64,000 nucleotides of DNA from an uncultured Clostridia bacterium (GCA_944384525.1 CALWTR010000046.1:3868-67867); one strand, 5' to 3'. Shown: positions 29,871-40,441, counted from the stretch's first letter. Notes: generated from the letters alone by a model not told the origin. Made by a program: numbers and translations.

Positions 29871-32285
29871 ATGGATGCAAAAAAGAACAGAGAAAAAGTA
29901 AAAAAGGAAAAGGGGTTCAGCCCGAAGGGGTATTTCGACGCGGTGCGCTCAAAACGGCAGGGAAACCGTGAAGAGGTGCTGATCGACGCGATAACGTTCA
30001 TTGTGTCCCTGCTTTTCGGGAGGACGCATTTGATATTCGGAGCATATCCGCTCGGTATAGCAATAGTGGCGGCGCTTCCGGGCCGCGTTTGGCTCTCGCT
30101 TGCCGGTGTAGTATGCGGAGCGCTTACTCTTGGCAGGATAGGAGTTATATATTCCGCTATTTCCATAATCGTCGTTTTGATGCGGATAATGCTTTCATCC
30201 TCCTCGGATTCGCGCAGGCGCAGCGGCGGAGGGATATTTTCAGAGCAGCTGCCGCTTAGAGTGGCGGCGGCATGTATAGGAGGATTCGTCGCTGCGGTCT
30301 ATGAATTGCTTTTGAGTTCGGTCAGCACGGCAACGATACTTTTCTCGCTTTCAATGATACTGTTTCCGACAATACTTTGCGCATTGTTTTCCGGGATCTG
30401 CGATTTCCGCGTTTCCTTTCACGATCTGGTCATGGGGAATGCGGCGGTGTTCGGAGTCAAGAGAGAAATAAAAGAGGAGCGGGCGCAAATGTATTTCTTT
30501 CAGCTTTCCGCACTTCTTTTTATATTTTTCATATCTCTTTCGCTGTCTCGGTTTTCCGTATTCGGAGTATCGTTTTCTTACATATTTTCCTCGTTTATCG
30601 CTCTGTTTACCGCAAAGCGATTCGGCGCAATACGAGCTATGGCAGTAGGCTTTGTGGGAGCGCTGCCGATGTCTGCCCTGTATTCCGCAGGATTTGCTCT
30701 GTCAGGACTGGCGGCGGGGATACTATTTCCGTTCGGGACCTTATACGGTTCTGTCGCGGCAATTGCGGCTGGAATGGCATGGTGCGCGTTTTCTTCGGGG
30801 GTTTCGGGATTTGTCGCGGTTTTTCCGGAATTGCTCATATCCTCGCTTTTGGCATGGCCCGTGGTAAGCCGCATAGGAACTGAGAGCACGTCCGACTCTT
30901 CGGTGTCGCCGGAGAAACTGGCTACTGATATGGTCGGGACAGTTGCCCTCACTTATAAAAATGAAAGCGAAAGAGCGCTCCGCGATCTTGAATGCGGCTT
31001 TTCCTCGCTGGCCGGACTGGTGAAAAAATTCGGAGAAATAGAGACAAAACCTGATCGCGGTGAATACGAGGCCGCTTGCCGCGAAGCCGCCGATATATAT
31101 TGCGCCGGTTGCCGAAATTATGCTATGTGCTATACATCAGGCGAAAAACCGATGGAGGATAGCATCAGCCGGATCTCAGGTAAAATGTTTTCCGGGGAGT
31201 CAGCCGGGCGCAGTGATTTCCACGATTCCGTCCTTTATACATGTGATAACGCGGACAAGATCCTGGAGCAGATGCGCCGCGCGGGAGCATCCGTTACCTC
31301 CTCCAGGCAGAAAGAACGCAAAATGGAGTTCGTGGCGGAAAATTACGAGCTGATCGCAAAGATGCTGAATGAGGCTATGATAAGAGAAACGGGAGCAAAG
31401 GAGATGGATGCGGCCCTTACCGAACGGTTGGGTAAAATATTTTCCGAAAACGGTTTCCCTTACGGCGTGATACGCGCATTCGGAGACAGAAAGAAAAAAA
31501 TAATAGCCGCAGGCGAGGACAAGGACGGTCAGAAGATCACGTCGCCCGTTCTTCACAGCGCTATCGCAGAGGCTGTCGGCGCCCCGATCGGAAATACTAA
31601 ATATTATCGTAAGGACTCAATGGTGCTTTTTGAGTGTTCTACGGGGCCGGCGTATAAGGTAGAAACCGCCGTTGTCTCGGATCCGAGGAATGAGGGTGAG
31701 GAGTGCGGTGACACCGTCCGCTTCTTTGAGGACGGCGATATGTTTTACGCTGTCTTGTCCGACGGTATGGGCAGCGGTGAATTTGCCGCACGCACAAGCG
31801 AGTTCTGCGCGGAATTTTTGGGTACAACAGTTGTTGCGGGAGCATCTAAAACAACATCTCTGCACCTGCTCAATCACCTGATACGAGAGAAGAACGAGGA
31901 GTGCTCCGCCACTGTCGATATGATGCAACTCGATCTGGTGAGCGGAAAGACAGTATTTGTAAAGAGCGGCGCCGCGCCGTCATACGTCAAACGAAAGGGA
32001 AGTTTGTTCCGTATACGTTCCCAGACCGTCCCGATAGGACTGATAAAAAATCTCGACGCGGAGAAAATAAAGTTTGAAGCCAAGGCGGGCGATATAATAT
32101 TCATGCTCTCTGACGGAGTCAGTCAATGCCCGGAAGATGCACCGTGGCTGCTTGAATTGCTGAACAGGGATTGGAAATGCTCTCTTAAGGAAATTGCGGC
32201 CGCGATAATGAAAGCGGCCGCGGCAAACGGCGGAAGAAGCGACGATATGACGGTCGCCGCAATACGGATAAGCCCTGTGGATTGA
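29871..32285 (+). CDS. spoIIE: stage II sporulation protein E (membrane PP2C phosphatase)
   Basis: 804 aa. Polytopic N-terminal third and a C-terminal PP2C domain (YAVLSDGMGSGEFA, MLSDGV, DDMTVAAIRI). Confidence 0.92.
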   Translation: MDAKKNREKVKKEKGFSPKGYFDAVRSKRQGNREEVLIDAITFIVSLLFGRTHLIFGAYPLGIAIVAALPGRVWLSLAGVVCGALTLGRIGVIYSAISIIVVLMRIMLSSSSDSRRRSGGGIFSEQLPLRVAAACIGGFVAAVYELLLSSVSTATILFSLSMILFPTILCALFSGICDFRVSFHDLVMGNAAVFGVKREIKEERAQMYFFQLSALLFIFFISLSLSRFSVFGVSFSYIFSSFIALFTAKRFGAIRAMAVGFVGALPMSALYSAGFALSGLAAGILFPFGTLYGSVAAIAAGMAWCAFSSGVSGFVAVFPELLISSLLAWPVVSRIGTESTSDSSVSPEKLATDMVGTVALTYKNESERALRDLECGFSSLAGLVKKFGEIETKPDRGEYEAACREAADIYCAGCRNYAMCYTSGEKPMEDSISRISGKMFSGESAGRSDFHDSVLYTCDNADKILEQMRRAGASVTSSRQKERKMEFVAENYELIAKMLNEAMIRETGAKEMDAALTERLGKIFSENGFPYGVIRAFGDRKKKIIAAGEDKDGQKITSPVLHSAIAEAVGAPIGNTKYYRKDSMVLFECSTGPAYKVETAVVSDPRNEGEECGDTVRFFEDGDMFYAVLSDGMGSGEFAARTSEFCAEFLGTTVVAGASKTTSLHLLNHLIREKNEECSATVDMMQLDLVSGKTVFVKSGAAPSYVKRKGSLFRIRSQTVPIGLIKNLDAEKIKFEAKAGDIIFMLSDGVSQCPEDAPWLLELLNRDWKCSLKEIAAAIMKAAAANGGRSDDMTVAAIRISPVD

Positions 32286-32314
32286 TCCTTTCCGAATAAA
32301 AAATACAACTGCTA

Positions 32315-32343
32315 TTGTAAAATAAGAAAAGGCGGTTTATAAT
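32315..32343 (+). promoter_or_regulatory. candidate sigma-A promoter (TTGTAA-17-TATAAT)
   Basis: -35 at 32315-32320 and -10 at 32338-32343, about 45 nt upstream of the GH27 start. Confidence 0.5.
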
Positions 32344-32389
32344 GTATACAGGACCTTAAGTTTGAACAAAATTTTCGGAGGAGATAAAA

Positions 32390-33538
32390 ATGCTTGTCAA
32401 TAAGCCGCCTATGGGGTGGAATACCTGGAACACGTTCGGAATGGAGCCGAGCGAGGATCTTGTAAAGAGGAGCGCAGATGCGTTTATAAAATTGGGGCTC
32501 AAGGATGCGGGCTATGAATACATAGTTATAGACGACTGCTGGAGCCTTTATGACAGGGACAAAAAAACAGGGCGCATCGTAGCCGATCCCGCAAAGTTCC
32601 CGAACGGCATGAAAGCGGTCGGAGATTACATACATTCAAAGGGTCTGAAGTTCGGCATGTATTCCTGCGCCGGCGTGAGGACTTGCGCGGACTATCCCGC
32701 GTCTTACGGCCATGAATTCGAGGATGCCCGCACTTTCGCCGACTTCGGCGTTGATTATCTCAAATACGACTACTGCTATAAGCCTGTGTGTGCCGACGGC
32801 AAGCGTCTCTATATGAGGATGGGCAATGCGCTTCGTTCCTGCGGCAGAGACATTCTTTTCTCCGCATGCAACTGGGGCGCGGAAGAGTCTTATAAATGGA
32901 TGAGAGCGACCGGCGCTCACAGCTTCAGGTCTACCGGAGATATCATCGACAGCTTTGTATCGTATAAAAATATAGTCATTTCGCAGGAGGATCTGCACTA
33001 CGCGTCTGCACCTCAGTGCTTCAACGACATGGATATGCTCACCGTAGGAATGTACGGAAAGGGACTTGTCGGAAGTACCGGCTGCGATTTCACCGATTAC
33101 CGCGCTCAGTTCTCCCTTTGGTGTATGTTCGCGTCCTCTCTTATGCTCGGGTGCGATATAACCAATATAGATGAAAAGACTCTCGAGTTGGTAAAGAACA
33201 AGTATCTTATAAGAATAAATCAGGACGAGGAAGCAAGACCTCCCATCGACATAAGCGCTACCATGAATGCGTCAAGACACGGAGAGTTCGAGCGCGTATA
33301 CTTCAGACAGCTCTCTGACGGCGAATATGCGTTCTGCTTCTGGAATCTTTCCGACAAGAAGCGCAAGATCTTCGCTTTCATGTCTCAGCTCGGGCTTGAG
33401 GCAACGGACGGGCTCGGATTTGAGTTCCGCGACGTATTTACCGGCGAGGTGACCGGAGTTTACAATGAGTATGCGATCGAGACGGTAGAGCCGCGCGACG
33501 TTCATGTTTATATAGCAAAGCTGGTGCCCATGAAATGA
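32390..33538 (+). CDS. alpha-galactosidase, glycoside hydrolase family 27
   Basis: 382 aa. Contains PPMGWNTWNTFG, DDCW and YLKYDYC motifs. No signal peptide. Confidence 0.88.
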   Translation: MLVNKPPMGWNTWNTFGMEPSEDLVKRSADAFIKLGLKDAGYEYIVIDDCWSLYDRDKKTGRIVADPAKFPNGMKAVGDYIHSKGLKFGMYSCAGVRTCADYPASYGHEFEDARTFADFGVDYLKYDYCYKPVCADGKRLYMRMGNALRSCGRDILFSACNWGAEESYKWMRATGAHSFRSTGDIIDSFVSYKNIVISQEDLHYASAPQCFNDMDMLTVGMYGKGLVGSTGCDFTDYRAQFSLWCMFASSLMLGCDITNIDEKTLELVKNKYLIRINQDEEARPPIDISATMNASRHGEFERVYFRQLSDGEYAFCFWNLSDKKRKIFAFMSQLGLEATDGLGFEFRDVFTGEVTGVYNEYAIETVEPRDVHVYIAKLVPMK

Positions 33539-33723
33539 TTTGCCGCAAGTGCGGGACAGAGGTCACGTTCAATGAGGCAGGGCTTTATAAAAAGCTCGTG
33601 AACAGGGGCGCGACCGACTGCCTGTGCATAAACTGCCTCTCCGAGGAATTCCGGATCCCCGTTGAGACACTGTATAAAATGATAGAGGAATATAAAAAGG
33701 CGGGCTGCACGTTATTTGCGTGA
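33535..33723 (+). CDS. small Cys-rich (zinc-ribbon-like) protein
   Basis: 62 aa. Contains CRKC...CLCINC...GC. Its start overlaps the GH27 stop (ATGA), which suggests translational coupling. Confidence 0.55.
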   Translation: MICRKCGTEVTFNEAGLYKKLVNRGATDCLCINCLSEEFRIPVETLYKMIEEYKKAGCTLFA

Positions 33724-33834
33724 GCAAGATGCGCATATATATGTTCCTCCGGGTCTCAAAATTTTCCGAATGTGACGCGGTCACGGAAACTTTCGCCGCC
33801 GTTCGGTATAATAATGACAAAGGACGGTGATATT

Positions 33835-34035
33835 ATGTCAATAAGGTTAAACGAAGACCGCGAGGTCGTCGAAAGGATCAAGGAGGGACTTCGGCTCAAG
33901 GGCGGATATTGCCCATGCAGGCTTGAGAAGTCCGAGGATAACAAGTGTATGTGCCGGGAATTCAGGGAGCAGATAGCAGATCCGAATTTCGAGGGTTACT
34001 GTCACTGTATGCTCTATTATAAGAGCAAGGATTGA
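33835..34035 (+). CDS. ferredoxin-thioredoxin reductase catalytic-subunit-like mini-protein
   Basis: 66 aa from the ATG at 33835 (AAGGA upstream). The CPCR...CMC...CHCMLY cysteine pattern resembles the FTR catalytic chain. Confidence 0.65.
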   Translation: MSIRLNEDREVVERIKEGLRLKGGYCPCRLEKSEDNKCMCREFREQIADPNFEGYCHCMLYYKSKD

Positions 34036-34082
34036 TCCGGCCGCCTATACCGGACATAAGCAGAAAGAAGGGAGAAAGTATC

Positions 34083-34388
34083 ATGGAAGTACTCAAGATA
34101 ACAAAGGAAAATTTCGAAGCCGAGGTATTGCGTTCGCCTATGCCGGTCCTCATAGATTTCTATGCCGACTGGTGCGGACCTTGCAAGATGATGTCTCCTA
34201 TCGTTGACAGCATTGCTGAGGAGAGGGAAGATGTTCGCGTCGGAAAAGTCAATGTGGATGAACAGCCGGAGCTCGCTCAGGCGTTCGGCGTGATGAGCAT
34301 CCCCACGCTCGTCGTCATGAAAGAGGGAAAGGTTTCTTCGAGGGTCGTCGGACTCAGAGATAAGGCGACACTTATCGGAATGCTCTGA
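34083..34388 (+). CDS. trxA: thioredoxin
   Basis: 101 aa from the ATG at 34083 (GAAGGGAG upstream). Contains the WCGPC active site. Confidence 0.93.
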   Translation: MEVLKITKENFEAEVLRSPMPVLIDFYADWCGPCKMMSPIVDSIAEEREDVRVGKVNVDEQPELAQAFGVMSIPTLVVMKEGKVSSRVVGLRDKATLIGML

Positions 34389-34410
34389 TATCCCGGACGA
34401 TATATCAAAA

Positions 34411-34447
34411 AAACGCGTATATGCACTAAGCATATACGCGTTTTTTT
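34411..34447. terminator. bidirectional rho-independent terminator (trxA / mnmG)
   Basis: 11-bp stem CGCGTATATGC (34414-34424) / GCATATACGCG (34430-34440), flanked by A7 and T7 runs. Confidence 0.85.
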
Positions 34448-36359
34448 ATGCGTTTCCGCTCTTATTTTCGCTCCGGTCTTTTTCTCCGGCGGAAAGATAG
34501 ATCAGGAGAACGCTTATATCGGCTGGATTGACCCCGCTTATAGTTGCTGCTTGGCCGATACTTATAGGCCGTATCGCTGAGAGTTTTTGCGCTGCCTCCG
34601 TCCGCAGGCCCTTTATGTCTTCATAGTGCAGGTCAGGCGGTAACCGTTTGCCCTCGAGGCGTTTCTGCCGCTCTGCTTCCTCTCTTTCTCTCTTTATATA
34701 ACCTTCGTATTTTATATTGATCTGTGCCGTAGTGACCACGCCTGCGGGAAGACGGGGACGGCCGGTATCCAGAGGAGCTATGCTGTCATAATTCAGTTCG
34801 GGCCTTTTTATCAGTTCTGACAGCCGGATCCCCGTAGAAATGGGTGAGGAGCCGAGAGATACCAGCAAAGCATTGTTTTCTTCCGACGGGGATATAACGG
34901 TCTGCTCCAGACGCTTTATCTCGGATTCGGTCATCGCTTTCTTTTTCAGGAATGCCGCATATCTTTCCTCACCTATCAGTCCGACGCGGTGCCCCTCTTC
35001 CGTGAGGCGGAGGTCGGCGTTATCTTGCCTCAGCAGCAGTCGATATTCACTGCGTGAGGTCATTATGCGGTATGGCTCTTTCGTTCCCTTGGTAACCAGA
35101 TCGTCTATAAGCGTTCCTATATAAGACGAGGAGCGCGACAATATCATGGGAGGCTCTTCTTTGGCTGACAGCGCCGCGTTTATTCCCGCGACAAGTCCCT
35201 GTACTGCCGCTTCTTCGTATCCTGAGGTGCCGTTGAACTGCCCCGCACCGTACAGTCCGGATATATCTTTGAATTCGAGCGTCGGGAAAAGCTGTGTCGG
35301 GTCCGCACAGTCGTATTCTATCGCATAGGCGTATCTCATTATTTCGGCGTGCTCAAAGCCGCGCAGGCTTCGGAGCATGCGGTATTGAATATCGGTCGGG
35401 AGGGACGTGGAAAAACCCTGTATATACATTTCTTCTGTGTCTTTTCCGCACGGCTCTATAAAAAGCTGGTGCCGTTCTCTGTCGGCAAAGCGCACGATCT
35501 TGTCCTCGATAGACGGGCAGTAGCGAGGTCCTGTCCCGGTTATCTTGCCGGAAAACAGGGCGCTTTTTTTAATGTTGTCGCGTATTATGCCGTGTGTTTC
35601 CGCGTTGGTATAGACAATGTGACAGGGTATCTGTTCCATTGAATTCAAGCGTTCTTCATCTGAGAGCGCGGAAAACGGAGTGATGTGCTCTTCGCCGTTC
35701 TGTTCCTCTAGCTGTGAAAAATCTATCGATCGTTTATTGACTCTGGCCGGAGTCCCGGTCTTGAAGCGCATGAGCTTTATTCCGGCCTCAGCGAGTGACG
35801 CGCTCAGACCTCGCGACGGCATCATGCCGTCAGGGCCAGACGGATACGACCGGTATCCGACGAAAATCTCGGACTCAAGGTAGGTCCCGGTCGCAATTAT
35901 AACTTTTTCCGCCTCCCATGTTTCCCCGAGATGCGTGACTACTCCGGTCACGCGGCGCTTTCCGTCATGCATCTCCGTTGTTATCGCGGTTATCTCGGAC
36001 TGAACAAGGCGCAGATTATTTTGCATTTCAAGCGTCTTTTTCATTATGATTTTGTACAGAGCTCTGTCGGCTTGTATCCGCTTTGAGTGCACCGCGGCGC
36101 CTTTGCCCAGATTGAGCGTCCTCGACTGCAGGGTCACCAGATCCGCCGCTCGTCCCATTTCGCCGCCCAGTGCGTCGAGCTCATAAACGAGATGACCTTT
36201 GCCACTGCCGCCTATGGAAGGGTTGCAGGGCATATTTGCGACAGCGTCCAGATTTATAGTGAACAGAACTGTGTCAAGGCCGAGCCGTGCTGATGCGAGC
36301 GCCGCTTCTATGCCGGCGTGTCCGGCCCCTATAACTGCAACAGTAGTTTTATATTCCAT
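34446..36359 (-). CDS. mnmG: tRNA uridine 5-carboxymethylaminomethyl modification enzyme MnmG (GidA)
   Basis: 637 aa. N-terminal FAD motif VIGAGHAGIEAALASARLG, with full-length GidA-like sequence. Confidence 0.95.
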   Translation of the reverse strand: MEYKTTVAVIGAGHAGIEAALASARLGLDTVLFTINLDAVANMPCNPSIGGSGKGHLVYELDALGGEMGRAADLVTLQSRTLNLGKGAAVHSKRIQADRALYKIIMKKTLEMQNNLRLVQSEITAITTEMHDGKRRVTGVVTHLGETWEAEKVIIATGTYLESEIFVGYRSYPSGPDGMMPSRGLSASLAEAGIKLMRFKTGTPARVNKRSIDFSQLEEQNGEEHITPFSALSDEERLNSMEQIPCHIVYTNAETHGIIRDNIKKSALFSGKITGTGPRYCPSIEDKIVRFADRERHQLFIEPCGKDTEEMYIQGFSTSLPTDIQYRMLRSLRGFEHAEIMRYAYAIEYDCADPTQLFPTLEFKDISGLYGAGQFNGTSGYEEAAVQGLVAGINAALSAKEEPPMILSRSSSYIGTLIDDLVTKGTKEPYRIMTSRSEYRLLLRQDNADLRLTEEGHRVGLIGEERYAAFLKKKAMTESEIKRLEQTVISPSEENNALLVSLGSSPISTGIRLSELIKRPELNYDSIAPLDTGRPRLPAGVVTTAQINIKYEGYIKREREEAERQKRLEGKRLPPDLHYEDIKGLRTEAAQKLSAIRPISIGQAATISGVNPADISVLLIYLSAGEKDRSENKSGNA

Positions 36360-36437
36360 AAGATCACCAATCCAGTCTACTGCCGTGGATAAAGCGGCAG
36401 ATGTAAATGAAAATTTACATTATAATATTTGCGACGG

Positions 36438-37211
36438 TCAAAAAACGACTCTGTGAACCTCTGTAACACGACCGGTCCCGGCATCCAGCGTAAATACAGC
36501 CCCCTGCGCGCGGACAGCTCCGCTCGCGGCGGAAAAACGCTTCGGTATCCCGAGACGCATACGTTCTACCACGATCGAACTGTCCATGCCGAGAACACCG
36601 CCGCTTTCACCGCACATGCCGATATCGGTTATATATCCGCTGCCCTTCGGAAGTACCTGTTCATCGGCGGTCGGTATATGCGTATGAGTTCCGTATATGA
36701 TATTTATACGTCCGTCAAAAGCGTAGCCCATAGCGAGCTTTTCGCCGGTGGCCTCCGCATGAAAATCGAGAATGGAAAAGTCATATTTTCCCTCTTCGCG
36801 CTTCAGTACCCTCTCTATGGAATAAAAAGGATTATCCGGATATACCGGCATGTTTACACAGCCCAGGGCATTTATTACCATGAGGCGATATCCGGCAGCG
36901 TCAAGTATCGTATAGCCTTTTCCGGGAACGTCTGCGGGGTAATTTACCGGGCGCAGGCAGCAGGCGCTTTCTTCGAGAAATTTATATGACGCCTGATTGG
37001 CAAGCGTGTGGTTTCCTCCGGTCACGGCGTCAGCTCCGGCGGAGATCAGCTTTTTTAATATGTCGGGAGAGGCGCCTGTGATAAAAGAGGCGTTTTCCCC
37101 ATTTACAACAACAAAATCTATTTTATTTTTACGTCTGAAGTCCCAGAGCGTATTTGAGAGATACTCTGCGGCAGACGGACTTGTGACGTCTCCGAGTGCA
37201 AGGATCTTCAC
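36438..37211 (-). CDS. ymdB: YmdB-family metallophosphoesterase
   Basis: 257 aa. Contains MKILALGDV...VVVNGENA and lies directly downstream of rny, as in Bacillus. Confidence 0.88.
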   Translation of the reverse strand: MKILALGDVTSPSAAEYLSNTLWDFRRKNKIDFVVVNGENASFITGASPDILKKLISAGADAVTGGNHTLANQASYKFLEESACCLRPVNYPADVPGKGYTILDAAGYRLMVINALGCVNMPVYPDNPFYSIERVLKREEGKYDFSILDFHAEATGEKLAMGYAFDGRINIIYGTHTHIPTADEQVLPKGSGYITDIGMCGESGGVLGMDSSIVVERMRLGIPKRFSAASGAVRAQGAVFTLDAGTGRVTEVHRVVF

Positions 37212-37269
37212 TGCTCAATATGTCCTTTCTCGTTTGCGTTTTTCAATTGTTCGGTCATAATCAAATAAT

Positions 37270-37307
37270 CCGTAAAGTTGCTTCGGATTATAAAGCAAGC
37301 TTTACGG
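37270..37307 (-). terminator. long hairpin between rny and ymdB (terminator/attenuator or processing site)
   Basis: 14-bp stem with one bulge (CCGTAAAG-TTGCTT / AAGCAAgCTTTACGG). The minus strand continues ATTATTTGATT. Confidence 0.45.
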
Positions 37308-37331
37308 ACCATTCCGAGAGGCTGACCCGGA

Positions 37332-38873
37332 TCATTTTGCATATTCGGTATGTCTGCTCTCGCGTATGATATTGACCTTTATCTGACCGGGATAATCGAG
37401 CTCGTTCTCGATCTTTTTGGCTATGTCGCGGGCAAGCAGTTTCATCTGATCGTCGGACACGCTCTCCGGCTTGACCATTATCCTGACTTCCCGTCCTGCC
37501 TGTATAGCAAAAGTCTTGTCCACTCCGTCAAAACTGCCGGCGACCTCCTCGAGCTTTTGCAGTCTCTTGATGTAATTTTCGACATCCTCGCGTCTCGCTC
37601 CGGGCCTTGCCGCGCTTATTGCGTCCGCTGCCTGGATTATGAGATCAAGCGCGCTCTGGGGTTCAATGTCGTTGTGATGCGCCTCTATCGCATGGATTAT
37701 ATCCTTATGCTCATGATATTTCTTTGCGAGCTCGACTCCGAGCTGAACATGTGATCCCTCAGCTTCTGCGGTGAGAGCTTTTCCTATATCGTGGAGCAGA
37801 CCTGCGCGTCTTGCGGCCGTAGCATCTATGCCGATCTCATCTGCCAAGCATCCGGCGAGGAGCGATACCTCTACCGAATGACGCAGTGCGTTCTGACCGT
37901 AGCTTGTACGGAATTTGAGACGTCCAAGTATCTTTATGAGCTCCGGATTGAGTCCGTGAACTCCGGTTTCGAATACCGCCTTTTCTCCCGCCTGCTTTAT
38001 GGTTATTTCGACATCGCGCTTTGCCTTTTCGACCATTTCCTCTATTCTTGCGGGATGGATGCGCCCGTCGGATATGAGCTTTTCGAGCGCCAGTCTGGCG
38101 ACCTCGCGCCTTACCGGGTCAAAGCCGGAGATAGTTATGACCTCCGGGGTGTCATCTATTATAAGCTCAACTCCGGTGAGGCTTTCGATAGAGCGGACGT
38201 TGCGTCCCTCTCTTCCGATTATTCGCCCCTTCATTTCCTCATTGGGAAGGCTGACGACCGAGATAGCCACCTCGCTAACGTGATCTGCGGCGCATCTCTG
38301 GATGGCCATAGACAGAATATCCTTGGCCTTTGCTTCAGCTTCGTCGCGGAATCTTTCTTCATATTCGGATATTTTGAGCGCCGTCTCGTGTGCCATTTCC
38401 GAGTCGAGCTTGTGTACGAGCTCTGCTTTTGCCTCCTCGGTGGTTATTCCGGCTATTTTCTCGAGAACCTCGACCTGCTCGGCGAGCTTTTGTTCGATCT
38501 GTTCTTTGAGCTCGTCCGCGGCACGGTGCTTTTCCTGGAGAGATGCTTCCTTTTTCTCCACTCCTTCGAGCTTTGCGTCGAGCGTCTCCTCCTTCTGGGC
38601 GACGCGCCTCTCGAGCCTTGAGACTTCCTTGCGCCGCTCTTTTAAATCGTTGTCAGTATCTTTTTTCAGCTGAAATATCTCCTCCTTGGCGGAGATTATC
38701 GCTTCTTTCTTGGCGCTTTCCGCGCTCTTTATCGCGTCTTCAAGCATTTGTCTTGCCTGCTGTTCTGCTGAGCCGAGCTTGCCCTCGGCGACCTTTTTTC
38801 GTATTATGAATCCGGCCGCTACGCCAGCGGCGATACCTACGATAAGTCCGATGATAAGACTTAAAATATCCAC
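37332..38873 (-). CDS. rny: ribonuclease Y
   Basis: 513 aa. GTG start preceded by GGAGGTG. N-terminal TM segment, coiled-coil, KH domain and HD domain (LLHDIGK). Confidence 0.95.
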   Translation of the reverse strand: MDILSLIIGLIVGIAAGVAAGFIIRKKVAEGKLGSAEQQARQMLEDAIKSAESAKKEAIISAKEEIFQLKKDTDNDLKERRKEVSRLERRVAQKEETLDAKLEGVEKKEASLQEKHRAADELKEQIEQKLAEQVEVLEKIAGITTEEAKAELVHKLDSEMAHETALKISEYEERFRDEAEAKAKDILSMAIQRCAADHVSEVAISVVSLPNEEMKGRIIGREGRNVRSIESLTGVELIIDDTPEVITISGFDPVRREVARLALEKLISDGRIHPARIEEMVEKAKRDVEITIKQAGEKAVFETGVHGLNPELIKILGRLKFRTSYGQNALRHSVEVSLLAGCLADEIGIDATAARRAGLLHDIGKALTAEAEGSHVQLGVELAKKYHEHKDIIHAIEAHHNDIEPQSALDLIIQAADAISAARPGARREDVENYIKRLQKLEEVAGSFDGVDKTFAIQAGREVRIMVKPESVSDDQMKLLARDIAKKIENELDYPGQIKVNIIRESRHTEYAK

Positions 38874-39009
38874 TTGTTTTCAACACCTCCTTTTCGTATA
38901 CTTTTGCGCATACGCTATATGTTTGTATCAATTTAAAATAAAATGCTGAACGACTTTTTCCATCCCGGGTATAATCCGTCCCCGAAATAGAAAAAATCAT
39001 ACATAATAT

Positions 39010-39038
39010 ATTATATAGTATATACTGCACTGTGTCAA
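39010..39038 (-). promoter_or_regulatory. consensus sigma-A promoter for rny (TTGACA-17-TATAAT)
   Basis: Minus-strand -35 at 39033-39038 and -10 at 39010-39015. This implies a leader of roughly 130 nt. Confidence 0.6.
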
Positions 39039-39163
39039 GGGATTTTTACCCCGGTACGGGAGATATTTTGTCTGTATCTGTATAAAAACACATAATAGTG
39101 TCGCGGAAAAATAGCAGTTAACAATAAGTTCACAATAAAATTTGAAAATTTTTTTAAAAACTA

Positions 39164-39192
39164 TTGACATTTAGAAGGAAAAGGGTTATATT
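39164..39192 (+). promoter_or_regulatory. sigma-A promoter of the hrcA-grpE-dnaK-dnaJ operon (TTGACA-17-TATATT)
   Basis: -35 at 39164-39169 and -10 at 39187-39192, immediately upstream of the CIRCE element. Confidence 0.75.
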
Positions 39193-39203
39193 ATTATCGT
39201 ATT

Positions 39204-39230
39204 TTAGCAGTCTAAGTGTTTGAGTGCTAA
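39204..39230 (+). promoter_or_regulatory. CIRCE operator (HrcA binding site)
   Basis: TTAGCAGTC-N9-GAGTGCTAA, one mismatch to the consensus TTAGCACTC-N9-GAGTGCTAA. Confidence 0.92.
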
Positions 39231-39353
39231 AATATGATCCGTAAAAATCGGAGTTAAGAGATGAAAAGCAGGCGCTTTGGTCTGAGCTCTGGATCCTGCA
39301 TTGCGGGATCGGTCGCAGAAGTAATGGCCGGCACCGCGGAAAGGGGAAACGGT

Positions 39354-40427
39354 ATGGATGATGACAGACTGAGCGAGCGAAAGAAAAAAATACTCCGTGC
39401 GATAGTTGATGCGCACATAACTTACGGAGAGCCGGTCGGGTCAAAGTATCTTTCCGAGGACCCGCAGATAACCTGCTCTCCCGCCACTATAAGGAATGAA
39501 ATGGCAGAGCTCGAGGAGATGGGATATCTTGAACAGCCTCACACTTCAGCAGGGCGTGTTCCATCGGAACTCGGTTATCGATTTTACGTCGATTCCCTGA
39601 TCGAGAGATACAGTGCTACAAAGCATGAGATCGACGACCTTAATCTTAACATCAAGTTCAAACTCACGGAGATGGATCATATACTTGATGAGGCATCACG
39701 TCTGGCAGCAAGTTTCACGAATTATACGGGCATAGCATTCAAGCCGAAGATGCCGAGCGTCTCGGTCATGAAGTTTGAGTTCGTATATCTCGGGGAGCGG
39801 GATTTTCTTATGATAATGCTTTTCCCTGGCGGAACCGTCAAGACGAAGAATATACATCTCGGCTTCCGCGTCACTCCCGAAACGGTGCGCCGTCTTACGG
39901 ACGCGATGAATATCTATTTCACCGGTGTCACAGAAAACATGATAACAATGCCGCTGATAGTTAAGGCGGAGGAATACATGGAGACCGAATCCGCAATAGT
40001 GCACCCGATATCCAAAATACTCTACGAGACCATGAAGGAGTTCGACAACTCGGATCTTAAGGTGGACGGTGTAAATAAACTGCTCCAGTATCCGGAGTAT
40101 TCCGATATAGGTCGTCTGAGAGACCTGATCGGTATGTTTGAGCAGAAAGATAAGTTGCTTGACGCGATAGAGGCGCACGATAATTCGGATGATGAGATAA
40201 ATGTCTATATAGGTAGTGAAAATGCGGTCGACGTCATGAGTAATTCCACACTTGTTTTCAAAAAGATAAGGAAAGGGAATCGGATCGTCGGAGCGGTCGG
40301 AGTTATAGGACCGAAGAGAATGGACTACAAAAAGGTCATCAGTATGATAGACCGTCTTGCTAGTGGGATCGGAGATGTTGTCAGCGAGGGTGACTCTCTT
40401 CCTCCCGGAAAGAACGACACTAAATAA
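39354..40427 (+). CDS. hrcA: heat-inducible transcription repressor HrcA
   Basis: The start at 39354 (MDDDRLSERKKKILRAIV, GAAAGGGGA upstream) is preferred over 39261. Contains the ATIRNEMAELEEMGYLEQPHTSAGRVP motif. Confidence 0.93.
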   Translation: MDDDRLSERKKKILRAIVDAHITYGEPVGSKYLSEDPQITCSPATIRNEMAELEEMGYLEQPHTSAGRVPSELGYRFYVDSLIERYSATKHEIDDLNLNIKFKLTEMDHILDEASRLAASFTNYTGIAFKPKMPSVSVMKFEFVYLGERDFLMIMLFPGGTVKTKNIHLGFRVTPETVRRLTDAMNIYFTGVTENMITMPLIVKAEEYMETESAIVHPISKILYETMKEFDNSDLKVDGVNKLLQYPEYSDIGRLRDLIGMFEQKDKLLDAIEAHDNSDDEINVYIGSENAVDVMSNSTLVFKKIRKGNRIVGAVGVIGPKRMDYKKVISMIDRLASGIGDVVSEGDSLPPGKNDTK

Positions 40428-40441
40428 CGGAGGGACACGAC

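Noticed and set aside
29750-30166. 138-aa minus-strand ORF overlapping the spoIIE start.
   Set aside because: It overlaps the spoIIE 5' coding region and promoter, with no RBS or recognisable motif.
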